Assembly: GCF_009914755.1 (NCBI RefSeq)
Contig: NC_060932.1
Strand: one strand, 5' to 3'
Length of the DNA: 64,000 nucleotides
DNA from: the human T2T-CHM13v2.0 reference genome, Homo sapiens
The notes beneath the pieces were generated by a model. It was not told where the DNA came from, did not search any database, and saw only the letters and a program-made list of their open reading frames with translations. Shown here piece after piece: positions 39,426-49,302 of this stretch. The translations under genes and the position numbers were made by a program. The first letter of the stretch is position 1, and each line of letters opens with the position of its first letter.

Positions 39426-42400
39426 TCATACTGGTGAATAAATGCTTCTCCCTTCCTCTCTCGTCCTAAAATACAGTACTTTACACAACCTCTCTGGTAG
39501 TTATTCCTATGAGATTGAGTAATCAGTTGTAATTTATACTAAGCAGTAGCTTCTCAGTAATTTGCTCCCTTGAATTTGTTCTCCTTCCTTTTCTATGTTA
39601 CTCATCATACACTTATTCCTGCATCCCCAGGATTGTACTTTCTAAAAGGTACTAAAACAGAAAGTTTTTTGTTTTATGTTCTGTTACCTAGGGAATCTGG
39701 GCTCATGTCCACTAAGGCAAGAGCATTTAATTGCTAAAGAAAAGAATTATGGTAAACACCTGAAGCTGAAGGAGGAGCTGAAAAAAGGATGAGAAGTATA
39801 CTAAAATCACTTCACCCAAGGATTTGACCCTCATGAGCCTCATCCTGGGCATTCTTAATCCCTGTGGAAAACTCTGGGTTCAGGGTATCCACAGAGGCTT
39901 TCCTCTGATTAATGGGTATTTTTTACTGGACTCAGCTAATAGATATATACTAGTATAGAGCAGAAAAATTTCTCAGCTGGGTAACATTAGGGAAAGTTAC
40001 CTAACTTCTCTGAACCTCAATTTCCTTATCTCTGAGATAGAGATACTAATCTCTGCATCATAGGCTTTTTGTGAAAATTAAGTGAAATATGGTATGTAAG
40101 GTCCAAATACAGTACCTATTCTAAAAATGATTAGCGTCTTTCTATTTTATGGCTTCCTCTTTTTGGCTTGGCTTAAATGGGTAAAAGTTGTAGATGAAGA
40201 TAACTGAACTTCTACAAACGAAGGGTCAACTGGAAGCAATGAAAAGCATGATCCCTGTTTGGTTACTGTCACATAATAGGGTGTTTGATTTGGAGTCTAC
40301 TGGTGCCTGTTGACCTTCCCACTCTGCAGCCCAGCTAACCCTTTATGTAATCTAAATTTTGAATTTTCGAAGTTTCAGCAGCAGAAGACAGAAGAGATCC
40401 TTCTTCATGAATCCTTCTAACAATAGCTTTGATGAAGAAGGAGTTGAAGAATCTAAAATCACAGATTTAGTCTTTTGGGGTTTGTAAATGTTCTTTGCAG
40501 TTGCTTACCCTCAATGATCAGATATAACTGGGATTTGGCTACTGAATAAGTCAAGGCTGGTTGGGTCTTATGTCATGCCAATAAACAACTTCAACCATCT
40601 AACTGGCTTAAAAACAGCACAGGTTTATTTCTCAGACATAGTCAAGTCCCTAGTTGGTCTGCTGAAGACTCTTACCATTGTCCTCTGTCCGGGACCTAGG
40701 ATGATATAGCAACCAATACCTGAAATATTGCTGATTTGCTGTCAAGGAGGAAAAGGGAAAAAACAAACAACTTTGGGAGGGCTGTATACATCAACTATTA
40801 AGTGCTCTAATTTGTAAGTGACTTACATCATTTTAACTCATGAGTTACTGGCCAGAACTATTCACATTCTCCCCGACCCCATCCTCACCAGGAGGCTAGG
40901 ATACACAATCCCACCAAGCTTCTGGAAGGCAGAAGAACTGGGAACAACTGGCAAAGAGCACAAACAAGTACATCATCCTCATAAACATTGCTCATGCTTT
41001 CTATTGGCATTTATTTTAGCACAATCTAGTTTTTTTTTCTTTTTTTTACATTTTTTACTGGATATTAAAAGAAGAGACAGGAAACAGAGCGTGGGTGCAG
41101 AGGTCTCTGTCTATCAGCCTGGTGTATTATTCAAGTGTAGTTGTTAATGGTCATGCCAACCTACCCATTATCATGCTTATTCTGCCTGAAGGTTTGACGT
41201 GTATTCCAAATAATGGTGTGCAGTTGTCAAGTACTTCCTTGTGAATACAAATTCAAAGAAAATTCCACTCAATGCATCTAAGGAGACTGCAAGTGACCAT
41301 AATTATATCTCTTCAGTAAGTCCTGAGGGGATGTCTTGAACCTGGCTTTTAACTAAATGGGATATGAAAAATATGCACATTCATAACTTCTATGCATATT
41401 GGCTAAAGACAAGGAGAATGTGTCTCAGAATGAGAAAATCTTTTTTGGCTTAAAAGAATAATTTTTGACTCTAAAATATATAAGTCATACTACCTACTAT
41501 CTAAAGGTAGGTAACATTTCAAAAGCTGCTTCATCTTGTGGTCTCACTGATTTAAATAGAATTTCTTATACATGAACCAATGGGGCAGAATAAACTTTGA
41601 CAAAGGCAACAAAATAGAATATTTTAAAACATTCCTATAATGTTTTTTATAGACAAGTCTGTTTGATATTTGCATGTTTTGAGCGGGAAATAATGCACAA
41701 TTGTGTGTGTGTTTAATTCAGATGGCAAAATCTTTAAACTGCATCAGACCTTCCACATATGACCTATTCTAACCTCTATTTTAGAGATGCTGGAAGTAAG
41801 ACCCATAGAAATGGTGTCACCCATTGGAGCTCAGAGACTAAATACAACTGAGAACTTTGGAACCTGGCTTTTAACTAAGTGAAATATGAAAAATACACAC
41901 ATTCATAACTTCTATGCATGTTGGCTAAAGACAAGAAGAATGTGTCTCAGAATGAGAAACTCTTGCCTCTCACCACTGCCATTGCAAAAGTATTGTCACC
42001 ATGACCCACAACTGAATTGTTAAATTACATTTTTTGGTGATGGTGGTGGTGGTGAAATTGATGCAAATTGATGGTCAGGAGAATTTTTTAAGGAATAGAG
42101 TGCTGATATTCATATTTCTAAGAATAAAAGAAATCATTTTTTTGGAACAAGAAAGTAGTATTACATGGCAAGAGAACTGAGGTTTCTGGATCAAAGACCA
42201 GAGAAGAAAATTGGATTTACTAAAGGCAGCCACAAAGCTTAGATGAGTCACTGTCTTGTCTTGAATCTAAATTCATCTTGACACCTATTTTCCTATTTTA
42301 TTGGTGATTATTGAAGAGGCTATTATAGAAAAGGTCCAGTCTGAATTGGAGTAGAAATCTTAAAGCTATTCATTTTATTTTTAAAGAAGATGGCTTCAAG

Positions 42401-43637
42401 GAAATTAAATATTTTAATAGGTATTAAGACTATAAATCTAGAGAGGTGAATTTTTTTAAAAATCACAACAATAAAGAGGTAAATCAAAGCCATTATCAGC
42501 ACATTACTTTTTTTGGAAGGGCTTTAGGAATTACATTTCATTTCCTCTTGCATCCTCTATCCATTTATGGTGTGGCTGATTCAGGTGCTTCTGAGAAATT
42601 GGGGTGAAAAAAACTACTCAAGCACCTCGGAAATTATGCCAACTTGTAGATGGAAAGAACCATTTTAGTGTGTCTGTAGACTGTTCTAGCCTCAGAACGT
42701 TCATTTAGAGAGGCCAGGTAAATGTGAGAGAGAGTGGGTACCACTCAGTTTCTTAGCTAATGTGTTGTAACACTATTCTTATCCCTTACAACTGTCTAAA
42801 AGGATTCTTTTTTTAGACTTTCTCTGCTAGTTACCCCAAAATATTCTGTGGTAGTGAGTTCCAAAAACTAATTACATGTCACATAAAAACACCGTCCTTG
42901 TATCTATTTCAAGTTGGCCATACCTCACTCTTTCTTCTAGCATAGATAGTTTACGGATGTTCCTAGGATTTCCGATTCACTAGTTCCTGCTATTGTGGGT
43001 TGCTAAGTTTTATTTTGATTTTTGTTTTCTTTTCTAAACATGGCTGCTACTGCTGTTCATATTTGCATTTTGTTTACCAGACTATCGATATCAGAATTGT
43101 GCTCTGGGGGCGGCTTCACACTCTTCTCTCTTGGCTTGTGAAGTCATCCATCTCTATGGCTCCAAAAATCTTCTCTAGGCTGTTGAGACACATTTTTTAA
43201 AAAAATCTCCAGCCCAGGCTTCTCCTGCACTCTAAAATATTTTATATCTAAATGCCTACTTGACATCTCTGAGACATGTTACAAACACATAAAATTTATC
43301 AAACCAAAAATGAACACTTGATGTCCAAACCCACCATCATTTGTTCTCCACTCAGTAGCTGTGTATACCTGTATTCTCTACTCAGTAGATAGCACACAGT
43401 CCCAACTGGATGGGAAGGCCAGAAAACTGGTACAGCCAGGCTTAGATTGCACTCCAAATATCAATATATGAATCTGGTACATTTTTGTTACTGGCTTAAG
43501 AATGGGCTTTTGTGAAGGTATTGATATGAACCTTTATAGTAGGAATATATAAATGTATTTAAAATATTGGTCAGGTGGGTAGGGTGTTATGTGTATCTTT
43601 TCAAAGAGATCAAAGTCAACATTAGAAGTGAACTATC

Positions 43638-43727
43638 TGGCAGTAAGCTAAATTCTGTTGGAACATCCATGGAAATTGCCAGTGGCAGTAAGCTAAATTC
43701 TGTTGGAACATCCATGGAAATTGCCAG
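43638..43727. repeat. Perfect 45-bp tandem duplication
   Basis: tggcagtaagctaaattctgttggaacatccatggaaattgccag x2. Confidence 0.97.
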
Positions 43728-46639
43728 TAGACGATCCAACACCCTAGCAAATCTCTTTATAGCTCCTTTAACTCAGGAAACACACCTTATTGTCATGCAT
43801 TATGGAGATCTTGGGGCTACAAATGAACAAGATGAAAATCTGCGCTTGCAAAGAGCCCATACTTTGCCACAGAGGTGGTGCTATCCCTTAGGAGAAGTTC
43901 TAGGAATCTGTGGGGGCATTTCTCTGGTCATAATGACTGTATGCTGCTGGACATCCTGAACAATAAAGAATAATCCCACGTCCCACACACATTCATGTCC
44001 TATTGACCACTGATATAAGAAATCTAAGTAAAAAAATCTATTATCTGAGTCTAGATCAGAACTCCATTTTATATACACACACAAAGTGCTTTTTGCATAA
44101 TTGTTATACAAACTTAATTTTTCAGGAATTTAACAAGATAAATTTGATAGAAGATTATTAAAATTTGTTCTGTTTAAAACTCTAGCAACATTTGTTCACC
44201 ATTTCAGAAAATCATAGCACCAAAGCCAATGCTAACCATGTTTTTGAGTCACCAATATTACACGTGTTCCCCAGTCTTTATTCCTAGTGGTGTGTTTATG
44301 GCAATTTTACAAAAAGATGTCAGCATATCACTACTTCTTTAAGTCTTCAAGTGAAGCCTATTTTATTATAAATTACTTTCTTTTTATTACTTCTTTATAA
44401 TATAGTTATGACAGTATATTGATTTTTAAAAATTATATGTGTAGGTAAAATATATGCACTCTGAATTTCATTTCAGGAGAGCAAGGAGGTTGTTTCAAAG
44501 GATTTATTGTAAAAGTGCATGAAAGAAATCTGATATAATTGAGAACTACTGCCCTACAGGGTAAACCATACAAATATCCTGATAATTTTGGCATCTCTGC
44601 TCCATTGTAGCAACATAAGGAGCAGCTAGACATCATCAGTCAAGGCTTTAATGCAAACAAATTTTTGTAAGATCACTGTTTCCCTTCAATATATTCCCCA
44701 GCCTTTTTTTTTTCTTTTTCTTTTTTGGCTGCAAAGGAGAAACTCAAACTAAAGGAAATGCTATCGGTTAATGAGATGCTAGAGAAAATAATGCTTTTTA
44801 CAAAAAGCTTTCACACAAATGGAACATGCCAGCAGTGGGGGGCTGACGGTTGCCAAGAGCAAAACCCAGCAGGCAAGTTAGTGGCTAGGAGAGCAAAAAT
44901 ACCTGAGTGTGTGTTTAGTTCCTTTTGATCAGCACTGCCATAGCTCTCCTTCTAGAACTAACCGGATAAACCATCTGGTGCAGAACGCTTACTTCCTCAA
45001 TCAGTGGAATTTCACAGCTGTAGTTTCAGCTTAAGTAAAATTTGAAACTAGATTGAAATTAGAAATTGTGCTGGAGGTTGCTAGGTGACCCGGGCCAGGA
45101 ACGTTGCTACGGACAGGGATCAGGACTGTTTTGGATTGAGGGTATGTCAGATTTTCCTAGAAACTTCAGAGTATTCATTCTCTTAAAACAAAACAACAAA
45201 AAAACAAACAAACAAACAAAAAAAAACTTAACCACTAGGGGGAGGGAGAGGAAACCAAAATAACAATAAAACAACAAAAAGCCCCCAAAGGCATTATTCT
45301 ACAGGAAAACAGACAGACCAGACATTTTTCCTGAGAAAAAAATAAATCTACCCCTCCCTGCCCACTTCTCCACCCCAACTCCTAGTATCATAACATTAAT
45401 TCAGAACTTAGCTTTGAGAAGTTCAATGGATGGTTCCGATACTACTTGATGGGAAGTTTCAGCCATCAGTTAAAACCTAAGCCTGAGTGAAGCAGAGCAG
45501 GCCTCTGCTTAACTGCATTAAGGAACATTCCAGGAAAGCCCATGTCTATGACATTAGTACTAATGACAACATCCCATCCCTACCTCCTTCCCTGCTTGCC
45601 TACCAGCATACCCTTTGCACTCACAAAAAGAATCTAGAATTCTATTTTGCTACACAATCTTGCCTTCTCTCACTTCTTTGGTCCAAGATGCCTGATTTTA
45701 AATCTCCAACAATGAAACGTCATACCCCTCCTCCAGGATGACGGTAGATGGCCATCTCTCCCTCCTCTGAGTATCATCAGCACTTCGTTTACATAATTCA
45801 CTTGGATCTAGATTGTCCTAAAGTTAGTTATCTGTGAGCATCATGCTAGGAGCTAGTGTTGATATGAAGCAGAAACTTTATGTGGGCATCTTGGATATAT
45901 GCATATCATTATTATCATTTTATAGAAGACAAAACTAAAACTCAAGAAGTAACTTGGCCACAGTCATTTCTCAGGTAAGTGGTGGTACTGGTATTTGATT
46001 TTTGGTCCACATGATAACACTGCACTAGCAGCTTCCCTTATAAGGTGCTATATGGCAGAATCTTTTATATTCCCAAGTCACCCAGTAGTTTCTTTCTTTG
46101 CAACTCTATATACACAATTACTTGCCCAATATCTGCTTTCTCCATTAGACTATGGGTCCATGGTGAAAGGAATAGTGTCTATCTTGCTTTTCACACTGTC
46201 CTGATGCCTAGTGCCAGTGGAATGCCCATTATAAAGAAATAAATATCTGTGGTGCTTCTAGTTCCTACAGTGGCACCTTGGTTTTACAAAAGGGCATCTG
46301 GACTCTATGTGTAAATACAAAGTGTCCATTTGCAATCATTTTCAAAATAAAGTAAGTCTCAGAAGCTAAAGAAAGGGGAAGCAAAATTCTTCCTATATAA
46401 AGTATTTACTGTGTTCAAGACATATACGAAGTCTTATCTTCTGATAATGCTGTATCATCTAAAATTAGTATTATCTACATGTTTGTCTATCTTCCTGTAC
46501 AGACCACATATAAAAATATTTTACTATTTAAATTTATGGATACTTCTAAATAGAAACATATATTATTTAGTGGAAACCCTGAAATTTAACTCATTGCTAG
46601 TATGTTTGTTATTAATTAAATCTTTGACAAAATAAAAAG

Positions 46640-47080
46640 GGCTAGGAAGAATAAAAATGTCCCCATATTAACGGCAGCATTATTTATACTAGCCCAAAAC
46701 TAGGATGATTAAATCAATTGTGGTGTGTCCATACAATGGAATACCATACAGCAATGACAACGGACAAATTATTCTATATCCTACAGTAGAGATGAATCTC
46801 ACAACAGAACTTTCAGTGAAAGAAGTCAAATGCAAAAAATTGAATAAGTTCCATTTATAGGAAGTTCAAATACAAGCAAAATTCATCTATGTTGTTCAAA
46901 TCAGAATACTGATTGTTCTGGCCATAGACACAGTAGTGATGGAAGCTCTTGAGGTGCCGATAATATATTTCTTGATCTGTGTGCTAGCTCACAAGTGCTC
47001 ACTTAGAAAAACTGCATTAGGCACTTACCACTTGCACAATTCTCTATGTGTTATATTTTAATAAAGGTTTACTTTTTTAA
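46640..47080 (+). mobile_element. Old L1ME-like 3' end
   Basis: tgtggtgtgtccatacaatggaataccatacagcaat...gatgaatctcacaa motifs. Confidence 0.6.
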
Positions 47081-47945
47081 AAGCACTCCATAGTATCTCT
47101 AGCGATGAAGTTATACACACACACACATACATACATATATATTTTAACATACTTATGGGTAGATTCCTATCCAACTTACCTGTTCTTTAGTGTCTTTACT
47201 ATTTATTTACTTATTTATGTTTCTGTATCCTAGGAACTAAGTAGAAGACTACCTAGCCTTCTATTCATTATTTGTGGGTTGGAGGTTGAAGTTCAAACAT
47301 TTACTCAAACACATCCAAAACACATATGTGGCTTAAATATGGCTTTTCCTAGCCTTGCATAAATGTCTGATTCATATCTTGATGTACTCTACACTCTAGT
47401 GTCATAGAGAAAATAAGTCATTGGTCATAGAAAAACCTACATGCAAATCTTATTAACTTGATCAAAACCTAAGCTTAAAAAAAAAGCTAAGTCACAGAGA
47501 TTCCTTTCTTTTCCAAATAACATTTTAAACACAATTTTTAGCCCTATTTAGTGAACTTCAATTCTTTAGATATGTTTTAGAACATAACATACTGCCAATA
47601 TTCTCCACAGTATATTGAAGTTGAGAAGTGAAATAATTTTAACAATAAAATTTTATTAAAACATTACACAGTTAAGAAGTGTGTGTGTGAGAGATCTTTT
47701 CTCCTAATTATTCAAAATTTCACATAATATTTACATTAGAAAAATCTATCATGTCATATTCTAATTATAATGGTTTTAAGAAGACTAACGTCTTCTTCCA
47801 ACTTACTCTGAATCTAAGGGACCACTTCTTTGCCACTAATAATAAAAGTTCAAGTTCATTAAGCAAAGATAGTATGGACTACATGAGGGCGTTAATATTC
47901 TGAGATGAAGACAGAAGGTTAATGACTAAAACTTTCAAACAAGTT

Positions 47946-47999
47946 TCTCTCTCTCTCTCTCTCTCCCTCTCTCTCGCTGTCTGTCTCTCTCTTGCTGTC
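47946..47999. repeat. (CT)n microsatellite in proximal intron 1
   Basis: Direct inspection. Confidence 0.9.
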
Positions 48000-48216
48000 T
48001 TCCATAAAGTCAGCAGGAACTTTGCAGCGTAAAAGGACACCCTAGGGGAAGCATGGCATAACTTGAAAGCGGTTTCCTGCTCCAGCCTAACCCCAAGCCT
48101 CTCCTGGGAGGGAGCGAGTGGAGCCTTCTCCCCGCCGGTCCGCTGGGAGGTTGGGAGACCAGGTGGCAGCAGCCTCCCCAGGCGCCGGGCACCCGTCGGC
48201 TGGCCCAGGGACTTAC

Positions 48217-48246
48217 CACGAGCGCGCAGCACAGCAAGTTGTTCAT
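48217..48246 (-). CDS. TNFRSF11B: Osteoprotegerin coding exon 1 (MNNLLCCALV, start of signal peptide)
   Basis: ATG at 48246-48244 in context ACCACAATG; 30 nt followed by a consensus donor GTAAGT (48216-48211); matches the known human OPG N-terminus. Confidence 0.98.
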
Positions 48247-48331
48247 TGTGGTCCCCGGAAACCTCAGGGGCTTGGAGGCGGCGGCTGGGCGAGCGCTCCG
48301 GTGCGTCTCCGCAGCCCGTGCGCTCATCACG

Positions 48332-48340
48332 TTATATATA
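48332..48340 (-). promoter_or_regulatory. TATA box (TATATATAA)
   Basis: ~90 nt upstream of the ATG, implying a main TSS near 48310. Confidence 0.8.
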
Positions 48341-48352
48341 GCGTCCCGGCAA

Positions 48353-48360
48353 CAGGAAGT
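48353..48360 (+). promoter_or_regulatory. ETS motif CAGGAAGT
   Basis: Consensus match between the TATA box and the TCF site. Confidence 0.4.
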
Positions 48361-48368
48361 ATCGCCTG

Positions 48369-48377
48369 CCTTTGATC
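48369..48377 (+). promoter_or_regulatory. TCF/LEF site CCTTTGATC
   Basis: Exact optimal TCF/LEF motif ~30 bp upstream of TATA; second site ATCAAAG at 49124-49130; OPG is an established Wnt/beta-catenin target. Confidence 0.65.
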
Positions 48378-48430
48378 AGTCATTTTTCTATCCTGGACCA
48401 AACTTTGCACCTTTCTTTTTTAGGAAGCTT

Positions 48431-48534
48431 GGGCGGGAGCGGTCGGGGGGTGTGCAGAAAGCTCCAGGGTTAACGCTTTCAGGGCTGGGGCGGAAAGGAT
48501 CCCCCAGGGAGGTGGGGCGTGAGGGGTGGGGCGG
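48431..48534 (+). promoter_or_regulatory. GC boxes (Sp/KLF) and G-run cluster
   Basis: GGGCGG at 48431-48436, 48488-48493 and 48529-48534. Confidence 0.5.
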
Positions 48535-49296
48535 TGGTGTCTGGCCCCTGGGAGAGCAGGGGAAAAAAAAGCCACCGGGCTGAGGAACAAGGCGGCTGCT
48601 GTCTCCGCGGGGCTCTGAGGTTTCCCGGCCCCTTCCCGCCAGCGGCCAGCCTCCTGGCAGCCGGGACCAGCGGTGGGAGGGCTGGGCACACGCTGGGCAG
48701 CTGCTGTGCTTGTGTCTCCTCCACCCTGAGAGTCCGATCCAGCCAAGATCCGGACGCAGTTGGAGTGTGTCCCAGACCTTTGTCCTCTCGCTGGGCGAAA
48801 GCTGTGAGTTTCCGCCGTACCCGGCTGCCTGACCCCTTCACTTCGGGTTCTGAAACCTCAAATTACAGGGCCCCTCTTTATGCATGGCATTGTCTGAGCC
48901 CTTTTCGGGGAGTTCGCAATCATTCATCTTCAAGTTTACATAAACCATGTAGTAGGAATTTTTCTAACTAATGTCTGATTGGCCCTAAAGCCCGTGCTAT
49001 TCTGCATTCACTCCTTGTTATCTGGGGTAGTTAGAGCCAGAGAGAATCTGCAGAGTGAAAATTGGACTGCCTGGGGCAGGGATAACCTTGCGGAGCACTG
49101 TTCCCTTCACCAACCCCACCATCATCAAAGGGCTATTGGTATCGGAGCTTCCTACGCGCTGAACTTCTGGAGTAGCCTCCTCGAGGTCTTTCCACTAGCC
49201 TCAAGCTATCGACAGAAGTTTGGCACTTTGCTCTAGGGTTCGCTGTCTCCCCCATTAATTCCCTGGTCTAGAAGTTAGACTTGATGACTTGTAAAG

Positions 49297-49302
49297 TGTG
49301 GT
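49297..49302 (+). promoter_or_regulatory. RUNX (OSE2) motif TGTGGT
   Basis: Consensus match ~1 kb upstream; another at 48247-48252 directly abuts the start codon. Confidence 0.35.

Larger units (their letters stand above)
48020..48860. promoter_or_regulatory. CpG island over TNFRSF11B promoter, exon 1 and start of intron 1
   Basis: Sharp rise in GC and CpG density against the AT-rich flanks; boundaries approximate. Confidence 0.85.

Noticed and set aside
43567-43959. 130-aa ORF with duplicated SGSKLNSVGTSMEIA; also considered as a CRISPR-like repeat
   Set aside because: TTG start, produced by a 45-bp tandem duplication with no spacer, and runs into MER20-like sequence; eukaryotic intron
48239-48971. 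Several overlapping 108-150 aa ORFs on both strands
   Set aside because: Stop-codon scarcity in a GC-rich island; mostly non-ATG starts; no recognisable domain
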